From Acidimicrobiales bacterium (lineage in GTDB: Bacteria; Actinomycetota; Acidimicrobiia; Acidimicrobiales; Bog-793): a stretch of DNA of 64,000 bases. Both the position numbers and the translations under genes were made by a program. The stretch is from assembly GCA_052148655.1 (NCBI GenBank), contig JBKQHU010000072.1:3128-67127 (forward strand). The letters are read 5' to 3'. The notes under the pieces were generated by a model. The model was not told the origin of the DNA and did no database searches. It was given only the letters and a program-made list of their open reading frames with translations. Shown in pieces: positions 50,056-59,078 of the stretch (position 1 is the first letter of the stretch; each line of letters begins with the position of its first letter).

Positions 50056-51425
50056 AGGCCGGTAGTCCTGCCGAGACCAAGGGTGAGGGCGTCCAAGGCG
50101 AATCCGAGGTCGGCGGAATCGACAACCGGAGCGTCCCAGTCCAACTCGACGACGTCCTCGGTAACGGTGATCCCTGCAGCAGTTAGTGCGGCAGCAAGCT
50201 GCCCGTCGTGGCCGGCGGCTACAAGTTGGCCACCGGATCGCCGAGCTATCAGGCCACGCGCTCTCGCCGTTCGGAGCGTGGTCTGTAGGTCTCGAAGGTC
50301 GGTCGCATGTCGCTCATCGAGACGGCGTACCTCGACCGGCATGATGGTGATCGGGAGGGAGTTGAAGCGCACGACCGGGTACCTCTGCGTTGCTCCAGTT
50401 GGCAGAGGTGTGGAAGTGACGACAGGGCTCGGTCGCTTGCTCTCCAAAAGGGTTCGCATCGCTGCCGGGAGCTGGATCGCTCGCTGGATCGCCCCGGCCA
50501 ACTCGACGAAGTTGTCCACCGCGACAACCGCCACCCTCCGGCCGGCGACCTGTGCGTCCCGCAGCAACGAAACGACGGCCAGCGTAGGTGGATCGGTGGG
50601 CCGGTAACACCAGAAGATGCCGGAGGGGTACGAGGTCGGCTGGGCAAGTGCCTCGCGGAGGACCGTCATCACCGAATCGTCTCGGCCGCTGTACCCAACA
50701 ACGACGAGCCCGTACTGACCGCATGCAGTCTTCAGGACCTGGCGCATCTGATCATCTTGCGTACGCACCTCGTCGGCGGTGTTCTTCAAACGATCCGACC
50801 GGAAGTCGCCGTGGATCTTGGCGATCAGGGGCCAGGCCTTCTTCTGGAACGCCCTCACGGCCTTCGACGGGTCACCGAGATCGGCGACAACAGCGGAAGG
50901 GCGCGGCGTTATGCCGTCAAATACGGAGAGCACCGCGGTCTCGATGAGGTCATCGAAATTCGTGGTGAAGACGACGCTCAGGCGGTTCGTCGCCATGAGT
51001 GCGGCGAGAACGTAATGACCGTAGTTGGGTGTCGTCCCCCGGCACAGGTCCGCTATGAGGTCCGCCCGGACGTCAGCAGACGGGTAGACCCTCTCGAAGG
51101 AGACAGGATATTCGTCGGTGTCTCCACGGGCGGGAAAGCCATTCGCGCCGTGGAAGTAGTCCTCGATCAGACCACGCGTGCGACGGTCCGTCGGGTCGAC
51201 GTCCTGGACATCCAGACCATGAGCGTCGCAGTACAACTAGGGTTTGAAGCGAACGATCAGTTGCCCGGCCGTCGGGATACCCGACATGGCCGAGGCGCCG
51301 GCTCCGATGAGCCAGGCCAGGTGGGCGCCCTGGACGCCGATCGCACGTGCCAGCGTTCCTAGGTCGCCCTCGATGCCGACGGTCGACACGACATCCAAGG
51401 GCGACAAATCAGCCGTGTCGCCCAT
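49884..51425 (-). pseudogene. SIR2-APAZ NADase of a SPARSA-type system, with in-frame TAG and truncated APAZ
   Basis: LIGAGASAMSGIPTA, TAG at 51239-51237, TTNFDDLIE, KIHGD, GYSGRD, P.VRFNSLPI APAZ start. Confidence 0.88.
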
Positions 51426-52041
51426 ACGTTCACCTCAGAGAGGAGCACAAACAGTCAGGTAGGGCAGTTATTTTACGGCACCACAACGGTGGGATGGTGG
51501 ACCCTGACCCCGTCCGTCGTGCAAGACATAGTGAAGAGGCGGCAGTCGACTCGTTCGGCGCCTCGGATGAGACAGGAACAGCCAGCGAGAGCGAGCCGAC
51601 GGCCTGCGATCAGGGCGTCACGCGTGCCGCATGTTCAGCGAAACTGGCTCTCGGCTGCCCTGGAGACCAGCTGATCCACGGAGGGCTTGCCGAGCGTCGC
51701 GAGTGCCCAATCCAGCGATGCTGCCTCGCCGGAATACCAGTCAACCCATTCGGCGAGCTGGGCGGCGGCTGCGACTCCTTCTTGGGTGACGAAGACAGCC
51801 TCTCGTTGAAACAGCGGCGCAGCCCGCGTGATCAGGCCGAAGCCTTTCGTTATCGGATTGATTATCGGGTATCAGAAGCAGAACTGCCACGTTCTTTCCA
51901 GGGTTCCGAAGGCCCTTCTGGGTCCGCGTGACAACAAGGACAACCATTGACCCGCAAAGTCCGTCGGGCGCCGGCCGCCAGGAGAGCGACCGACGGCTCT
52001 CAAGCAGTCGTCATCAGCCCCCTTACGCATACCATCGAGTC

Positions 52042-52308
52042 ATGGACGACAAGGAGATGGACCGGGTAGTGAAGGAGCTGCTGCGCCTTCCCGCCGAGAC
52101 CGCGAAGCACCGAGCAGCCATCTCCCGAATCGCCGCGAAACAACGCGAACTCGCCGGGCGCCTCGGTGAGGCGATCGGGCCAACCAAGGCAGCACAGAAG
52201 CTCGGGGTCAGCCGACAGACGTTTTGGCAGATCTTGAACCCTGATCAGGCCAAGGAGATCAAGAAGCGGTCGAAGACGAACACCCGGGAGCGCACCCGTG
52301 AACCGTGA
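52042..52308 (+). CDS. small HTH DNA-binding protein
   Basis: PTKAAQKLGVSRQTFWQIL. Confidence 0.7.
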   Translation: MDDKEMDRVVKELLRLPAETAKHRAAISRIAAKQRELAGRLGEAIGPTKAAQKLGVSRQTFWQILNPDQAKEIKKRSKTNTRERTREP

Positions 52309-52427
52309 GGCATCGAAGCCACGGACGGCGCACGTGTCGTAGCACCTTGGTGACGGCGATCATTCAGTTCGACTACTCGTCGTTGCATCACTTGAGTCTT
52401 GCTATCACGACGCGAGCACGGAAGTTC

Positions 52428-55400
52428 TCATGAGGTAGTCGAATTAGCCCTGTCGTCGCCCGCGCATACCCGGTGCCGCACGGATCGCCTTGGGTCTCGT
52501 TCCAGGATCTCCCGGACGCTGGCATGGCGTGCCTCCGAGTTGACCCCTCCGGCGAGTGAGTCACGGACGTGACGCGAAGGATCGCAGGCGAGCCGGACCC
52601 CGATCTCTTCTGGCTCGTTCGGACGTTTCACCCAGAGCACCGCACCAAGCGCTCGCAGCCACGGACTTGGATGAGCAGCCAACACGCCGACCGGAAGCGT
52701 CACCTTGTCGATCGGTAATGCCACCAATGCGGCCGCGATCGAATTGAACATCAGCTCGTCTGCGCCGGAGAGCAGCTTGACCGCGGCCCGCTCGACGGCT
52801 GTGTACTGCGCGTCGCTGCCCGCGAGTGTCGCGGCGGCCATCACACCCGCTCCGGCCAACGGCGCTCTGCCGATGTGCACCGTGAAGCGACGCAGCAGGT
52901 CGCTCGCCCCTGGGAAGAGCTCGTCGCTCTCGGCACCGTCGGCCTCGCCCAGCGCGAACGGCAAAACCGCGTCAAACAGCTCGGACCGGACCGCGGCGGG
53001 AAGATGGCAAGCGATGGCTCGCAACGCAGCAAGCGCGTCGTAGCGGTTGTGACTCGACTCCTGTTCGTCACGCGCGAAGTCGAGCATGCCTTTCGCGAAA
53101 CGGAGCCGGTCGTCCTCCGGAAGCGCAGTCACGAGCCCGGCGGTCTGCGGCAAGCCGGTGCCGAAGGTCATCTGCCCCGGCTGGTGGATCCTCGGCGCGA
53201 TGGCCGCCTCGAGTCGTCGCACCGCGAGGGGCACTAGGGGCGCCGTGTCGTCACCGGAGATCACGAGCGCCAAAGCGGCGTAGACGTTCTCGTTCGCCGC
53301 TTCGCTCATCGCGGCGGCGACGCGATCCGGATCAGAACGAAGCAGCTCCTCACCGTGTTGAAGCGCGCGCTCCGCCATGCGCTGGTCAAAGAGAACTGCT
53401 TGCAGCAGCTGATCCAGCACCTCCGTTCGCAAGTCGACGTGCGCTCGAGCGATGCCGATCAGCGCGAAGACCTGCGCCTCGTCGGAACTTCGGTACTTGC
53501 CGGGTCCACGAGGAAGCAACTCCTTGCTGATCGCGAGGAACTCTCGGGCGTCATTCTTCGACGAGAGCTCAGCGAGCTGGCCGAAAGCGGCGAACGCCGC
53601 AAGCCACGGGTCAGGTGAGCCGAAGGCAGCCGGTTGAGGGTGCTCCTTGATCTCCTGGAACGCCGCGGAACACCATTTCCTGGCGTCGTCATCGACGATC
53701 AACTCCGAGCATTTCGTCGCGAACTCGAACGCGGCTGTTCGCTCCCACGGCTGCCGCGTTAGCAACTCGATCGGAAGACCGACGGCCTGTTCACGCAACG
53801 CCTCCGCGAACGCTTCGAGCTTCGTCCCGCCTCCAGCGGCTATGTAGTGCTGGACCGCCTCGAAGCCCCGCCCGGTCTGTGCGAAGAGGTCGCCGAGCAG
53901 CTCGTGGGCCTCGAGCTCGTCTACCCAACTGGCACCGACGACCGCCCGCCACAAGTACCGCTGGAGCTCCTCGAAAGCGTCCGGCCACTTCTGGTCTCGC
54001 AGATCGTTGAGTCCCCGCTCGTGCGCCGAGTACGCCTCGGGGAGGATCGTGCCGTTTCCGGCGGAGCGCAGCGCCTGCGCGTGGCGGTGCAGATCGTTGA
54101 TGTCTTGGCCAAGCAGGCTGTTTTCGATCCTCACCGCCCGCAGCGCGTACAACCAGTCGGCGGCGTCGTCATTCAATTGCGCCATGCAGGCGCGCTCGAT
54201 CGCATCCCGCCACCGAGCGACGGCCGCCTGCGGACTCGGCACGAGCGTAAGGTGCCGCGCCGAACGAGCGATGACGAGGGCGGCGACAGCCGGCGGGTAG
54301 GTGTCGCGAGCACTCGCCGCAAGTCCCTCCCATCCACCGCAACAATCCGCGACGCACATGCGCAGGCGCGCCGCGATGAGCTGGCCCTCGTCGTCCGCGG
54401 ACATCGCTCCGGCCAGCCTCTCGATCAGCTCGGCGCGCGCCTGGACTACTGCCGGCTGGCGCGCGACGACTGCCCCCTCGGCGAGGGCCAAAACGGCGTC
54501 GGCATGGTGGGGATCGCCTTCCACCAGCGCGTCCACGGCTGCGGCGACCTGATCGAGGGTCACCCCGTGATCGCTCCGCAGACCCGTGACAGCTGCCAAG
54601 GCGTTCCCGCCGCGCGCGACCTGTGCTGGAATGTCGGCGCCCCACTTCCTTAGAACGTCCAGTTGGGCTCGAACCGACGATGTGTCACCCGCGGCCAGCC
54701 GCCGCCAGCCGAGGGTGATCCGCACGAACCCCTCCTCGACCCGCCGACCTGCAGCTCCGAGAGCTCGTGCTTGCATCTCACGCACCGGCGCCGCATGGGG
54801 AACGAACCCCTCACTCTCCAACCGCTCTGCCACGGTGGCAAGCAGCGTGGCCGCCTCGTCGGGTCGGTCCGCAAGGGCCTGCTCAGCCATTCGGACATCG
54901 TCGATGAGCCCGAGGTGCGCGATCGGGCCACGGAGAATAGCGTCGGCCTCGATCGACGTCGGGGCCGACTGTGGAGCGGGCGTCGGCCCCGACACACAGA
55001 ACGCGGCAGCGGTAGCCGCGGAGAAGAAGGTGGTAACGAGCTGAGGCTGGTTCCTGAGCCGCTCGGAGATTTGAGCGCGGTCCCACAGCTCGATCGTGAG
55101 GTGCGGGTGGTCTTCCCGGAGCTTCGCCAGCTTCTCGATCGTCTTCGTGGCCCGGACCTCGGAGGCGACGGCGATAACGAGACGGTCAGCACCGAAGGGA
55201 CGATGTCCCGTCCCATAGCGGTTGACAGCGGCTTCCAGATCGGCGGCGCCGAATTTCTTCCACCGCTTCGCCTGGTAAACCGAGGGTTTGCGTTCAGCGA
55301 AGAACGCGACGACGTCGAGCCCGTGCTGGGCCTGGCCCGGCTTGCCGTAGCGCCTGGCCTCGAAGGCTCCGTCGAGCCGGCGCGCCATCCCCATGATGAG

Positions 55401-55604
55401 GTTCTCGAATACTGTCCACTCCATCTCGTGGGTGTTGAGCAGTGGCGGTGCCGGCGCGGCGAGCGTCGGAGGGAGTGTGGTCGGAGCGGCCCAAAGCTCG
55501 TCGTCCTCTCCGATCGCCGTCCAGTCCTCTTCGACGGAGACGTCCTCTGGCTCGGGCTCGCCGGCCTTCATCGAGCCACCAGGTCGGTCATCATTCCGGG
55601 CCAT
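52428..55604 (-). CDS. Mrr-like PD-(D/E)xK nuclease fused to long TPR/HEAT-like helical region
   Basis: FENL...YGKPGQAQHGLDV...YQAKR, LWD...I...L...P.L...FF; rest Ala/Leu-rich helical; no Walker A seen. Confidence 0.8.
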   Translation of the reverse strand: MARNDDRPGGSMKAGEPEPEDVSVEEDWTAIGEDDELWAAPTTLPPTLAAPAPPLLNTHEMEWTVFENLIMGMARRLDGAFEARRYGKPGQAQHGLDVVAFFAERKPSVYQAKRWKKFGAADLEAAVNRYGTGHRPFGADRLVIAVASEVRATKTIEKLAKLREDHPHLTIELWDRAQISERLRNQPQLVTTFFSAATAAAFCVSGPTPAPQSAPTSIEADAILRGPIAHLGLIDDVRMAEQALADRPDEAATLLATVAERLESEGFVPHAAPVREMQARALGAAGRRVEEGFVRITLGWRRLAAGDTSSVRAQLDVLRKWGADIPAQVARGGNALAAVTGLRSDHGVTLDQVAAAVDALVEGDPHHADAVLALAEGAVVARQPAVVQARAELIERLAGAMSADDEGQLIAARLRMCVADCCGGWEGLAASARDTYPPAVAALVIARSARHLTLVPSPQAAVARWRDAIERACMAQLNDDAADWLYALRAVRIENSLLGQDINDLHRHAQALRSAGNGTILPEAYSAHERGLNDLRDQKWPDAFEELQRYLWRAVVGASWVDELEAHELLGDLFAQTGRGFEAVQHYIAAGGGTKLEAFAEALREQAVGLPIELLTRQPWERTAAFEFATKCSELIVDDDARKWCSAAFQEIKEHPQPAAFGSPDPWLAAFAAFGQLAELSSKNDAREFLAISKELLPRGPGKYRSSDEAQVFALIGIARAHVDLRTEVLDQLLQAVLFDQRMAERALQHGEELLRSDPDRVAAAMSEAANENVYAALALVISGDDTAPLVPLAVRRLEAAIAPRIHQPGQMTFGTGLPQTAGLVTALPEDDRLRFAKGMLDFARDEQESSHNRYDALAALRAIACHLPAAVRSELFDAVLPFALGEADGAESDELFPGASDLLRRFTVHIGRAPLAGAGVMAAATLAGSDAQYTAVERAAVKLLSGADELMFNSIAAALVALPIDKVTLPVGVLAAHPSPWLRALGAVLWVKRPNEPEEIGVRLACDPSRHVRDSLAGGVNSEARHASVREILERDPRRSVRHRVCAGDDRANSTTS

Positions 55605-55912
55605 CCGAAGAGAGCATCCCGTCCCCTCCTACAGACGGTGCCTGCGGCGAGACGGCTCGTCTGGGAGTCGCGATCCGTGGCATCCGCTCCCATGTGCTCG
55701 ACGACCCGCTGGAGTTCGTGTTTGAGCTTTCCATCAGTATCTTCCGGCTAGTTCACCGCTGCGCCTATCGCCTTTAGTGTCTGAGTGGGCGTTCGTTCCA
55801 AATGGATACCGGCGGTCCGGCCGACCAGGGTTCTTCCCGACGATGGAAGCGATCCCTGGCCGACCTCGCCGTCGTGCGAGCGCACCGGCCGGTCCGGCGC
55901 TCGCTCCCGCGG

Positions 55913-56743
55913 TCAAGACGTGCCCTTGGTGCCTACGCGGCGGCGGGCAACTCGTAGCTCGGGTACCTGCGCCCCGAGCGACTGATCGAAGGTGTAGTAA
56001 CGGGTCGTAGTGAAGCCAGCAGGTGCAAGCGGCGCGATTTTCATCTCGGATCGGGCGATCAGCAAGCCGTGCCGCGTAAGCTCCGTGAAACCCTTCGCGG
56101 CACTGTCCCCTGAGATGCCGTACCAGTCCTTCGACTTCTCGTACGGCAGGTAAAAGGGGCTGCGCAGGCTCGCTGCGACGAGGAGCATCGCCTTTCCGGG
56201 GAGCGAAAGCTTCTCGTACCAGCGAAGATCGGGGTCCCAGTAGGCGAAAGGGAGCCGGAACCACCGCTCGGGCTTGTTAGGCGCGGCGTACGCCTCGCCG
56301 GAGCCGTCCTCTCGCAACAACGCCACCGACAGACGCCGGCCAGTGCGCGAACGGTCGATGAGCCTGCGATCTTCCAAGCGCCGGAAGGTCTTAGAGACCG
56401 TCGCAAGCGCAGCCTTGTGCTCCCCAAGTCCGAGCGCGCGGCCCCAGACCCGACCAGCGAGCTCTGCGCGCCATGGCTCGTGGCTAGCGAGTGCGAGGAC
56501 GAGCAGGTAGAGATCGAGCGCGCCCTCGTCGTGCGCCGTGACGAAGCCCGCAAGCGGACCCGGTACCGGAGCCTGCTGCGGTCCACCCTGGACGAACGTT
56601 CTGCGGATCGGCACGCCGCCAGTGCGCCGGCCGGACCGCCGTATCATTTCCGCAATCGTGGCCTCAGCGGTTACCGGCCCCTTAGCGACCCCGATGACCC
56701 GAAGTGGTGCCGGCGACCTGACGCCGGAGTTGCCGTTAGTCAT
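55913..56743 (-). CDS. tandem winged-helix protein (regulator or replication initiator)
   Basis: ATVSKTFRRLEDRRLIDR and YGISGDSAAKGFTELTRHGLL wHTH-like segments flanking LLREDGSG..Y..P. Confidence 0.65.
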   Translation of the reverse strand: MTNGNSGVRSPAPLRVIGVAKGPVTAEATIAEMIRRSGRRTGGVPIRRTFVQGGPQQAPVPGPLAGFVTAHDEGALDLYLLVLALASHEPWRAELAGRVWGRALGLGEHKAALATVSKTFRRLEDRRLIDRSRTGRRLSVALLREDGSGEAYAAPNKPERWFRLPFAYWDPDLRWYEKLSLPGKAMLLVAASLRSPFYLPYEKSKDWYGISGDSAAKGFTELTRHGLLIARSEMKIAPLAPAGFTTTRYYTFDQSLGAQVPELRVARRRVGTKGTS

Positions 56744-57335
56744 GGACCGAGTGTGCCACCACCGCCCGGGCTTCGTGTCACGCGGGCCGATGACGAGTTG
56801 CCGTCCCGTCGGTCCCTATCGCGAACTATCCAAGCTCACTCATCTCAACCCAAAGCTCCAACGCCAATCCAAGTCCACGACCGGCATGCCGAGCGAGCCG
56901 GAGCGACCTGCTCGCCAGCGCTGAGCTCTCCACCTCCGGCGAGAAATCCCCCGCGTTGTTGGGTGATGCCGTAGCCGGCCACGGCGACGGCACCCCACCA
57001 AGACGTCCTGATCGACCTGGCCCGACTGGTTGATCGATCCACTGATCCCGGCTGTGCAGTAAACGATTCGGGAAAGGGCGACATCGGCCCATCCCGCTTG
57101 CCTCGCAACGAGGTCTGAGCAGAGTGACCTCACGTCTAGCCACCGCCATCCTGTGGAGTGGCGACCATTGACGCTTCAACCGCCAAAGTACGGATTGAAC
57201 CCGTCAACCTAGACGTCTATTCGCATCACCCCGGTCCAGAGCGTTTTCCTTCGTGAGTCCAGCAACCAGTCCGGCATCGCGGCGGGCGGCGGTCTAGCTC
57301 CCACCCGCAGGGAAGGCAGGAGTCGACCGGCGGAG

Positions 57336-58136
57336 TCAGTCGTCTGACTTGGTCGCGGCAACCAGGGTCTGGTGGTGGCCCGGAACGCCGAACCACGTCC
57401 GCCAGTCGAGTCGCCGCACAGTGACGTCGACGCATCCTGCTTCGCGCAGCGCCTCGGCGTACCGATCTGCGTTCGGGAGGTCAACGATGCGCAGTCGGCC
57501 ACTAGCACGCAGCACCCGCACGGCCTCATACAGGGCCTGTCTGCGCCCCTCGGTCCCCGCGATGTTGTGAATCGTCAGGTTGCTCACTACGACGTCGAAC
57601 GACGCGGACGGAAACGGCAGGTCGCGCGCGTCAGCGTCGACAAGGTCGACTCGGTCGCGAACTCAATCCACGACAGCGTTGTGCTCGGCGGCAAGCGGAC
57701 TATTCCCACTCTGATCACGACGCCGCCAAATGTCCGCTCCTACCGCTTTGCCTTCCGGCAGCCGGTGCGCTGCAAGGAGCAGCACAGCACCCCGACCGCA
57801 ACCCACGTCCAACACATCTTCGTTACCGCGAAGGCACAGTTCGTCTAACACGTCCGCCCAGACCGCGAACTTGCCACGCCAGGTGGAGTAGAGGTAACTC
57901 GCGGCCGATAATGCTCCCACCATGCTGACGATGCCGGCCAGCCTGGCAATACTGCGTCTGCGATGCCTTATCGCCCACAGCACAGTGCCCGCCAACCCTA
58001 CCTGAAGCACCCCAAACACCGGAACGACGATGGCCCCGCCGTCGATGCCGTATCTACCTCGCCTAACGGCGGAATCACCGCAGCCCCGCGCCGCGGCCGC
58101 TCCGATCAACTCCACGTGCGTTAGTTTGCCAGTCAT
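57336..58136 (-). pseudogene. class I SAM-dependent methyltransferase with in-frame TGA
   Basis: VLDVGCGRG, GADIW...DQSGN, then VVD*VRDRV..DARDLPFPSASFDVVVSNL in the same frame (TGA at 57665-57663, probably from GGA). Confidence 0.85.
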
Positions 58137-58184
58137 ATCCCGGCACCAGCCGAATGGACGTGGGCGTAGCAACGACTGGTGCCA

Positions 58185-58892
58185 TCAACAATGAGAGTGC
58201 TCAAGCGGAAGAGGCGACGGTGGCTCGAGCGGTAACGCAGGTGCGTTCGCCACATGGGATTCCACTCCTTCGACAGAGGCGTGGACCGGAGGGTTCGCAG
58301 TTGTGAACAGAGGCGTGCGCCACAGCGGTGAGACCGGCGCGCTCTGTTCCAAGCCGCGCGCCGCGCGTCCCCCCATCCGGAGGGATCGAATACTGACAAA
58401 GCAGAGCATCGCCGCGAGAGGCAACTCACCGAATAGCGCCGAGACAGCACTTACGATCAATTGGCGGTGACCGTTTGCGGTGAGCAAGTCGAACCACGCG
58501 TCGCACAGGAGAAGGACACTCGTGATGATCGACGCTGGAACAAGGATTTGGCGCCGTTTCCACAGACTCCACGCGGTGACGGAGAGACAAACGAGCAGTA
58601 CGACATCGAATCCCGTCCATAAGACCTGCCAATTGGTGGCGACGTAGGTGCGGGGCAAGGAAAGGCTAAGCCCGATAGTCCATGGGATCAAAGCGACACA
58701 GCACAAGGCGAGAAATCCAATGAACCATCGTCTAGCAGTGCGCACCCGTTGACTGATGGCAAACCCTAAGGCGGTGGGCTCTTGGAGCCGTCTCAGGAGG
58801 TCGACGCGTTCGACGTGGGACAATTCGCCCAGCATCTCGTCAGTGATCGTGGATTCACTCGAAGCGGTTGCGGAGACCTCGGGCGACGTCAT
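58185..58892 (-). CDS. hypothetical membrane protein
   Basis: LIPW, W.GFD, LLLCDAWFD, ELP; GGAAAC upstream. Confidence 0.75.
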   Translation of the reverse strand: MTSPEVSATASSESTITDEMLGELSHVERVDLLRRLQEPTALGFAISQRVRTARRWFIGFLALCCVALIPWTIGLSLSLPRTYVATNWQVLWTGFDVVLLVCLSVTAWSLWKRRQILVPASIITSVLLLCDAWFDLLTANGHRQLIVSAVSALFGELPLAAMLCFVSIRSLRMGGRAARGLEQSAPVSPLWRTPLFTTANPPVHASVEGVESHVANAPALPLEPPSPLPLEHSHC

Positions 58893-59078
58893 GGAGGTGT
58901 TTCCTTTGGCCGAGCAGGACCCCGGTCATTTCCGTGGAATTCGTCAGACAGCGCGCGCCGGGCGTTGCTGCGAGGTACACGAGCAAGGGCGTTGTTTGGG
59001 TCTTCAACCTTGACGATCGGTGGCAAGATCTCTCCCTGCTCTTGGCGCCCGTGTGCGTCAGGGTCGTCCCTATGAGTC

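Larger units (their letters stand above)
32553..57250. mobile_element. composite integrative/defence island downstream of tRNA-Gly (right boundary not found)
   Basis: integrase about 100 nt from tRNA-Gly 3' end, second integrase at 43-44 kb, defence-type cargo; no tRNA-Gly 3' duplicate recognised in the window. Confidence 0.6.

Noticed and set aside
51430-51930. Protein-like minus-strand stretch (..AQLAEWVDWYSGEAASLDWALATLGKP..)
   Set aside because: No convincing start and no recognisable family; at most a gene remnant.
57191-57205. tRNA T-arm-like ACGGGTTCAATCCGT on minus strand
   Set aside because: Loop and stem lengths do not fit, no cloverleaf around it, and it does not match either local tRNA.
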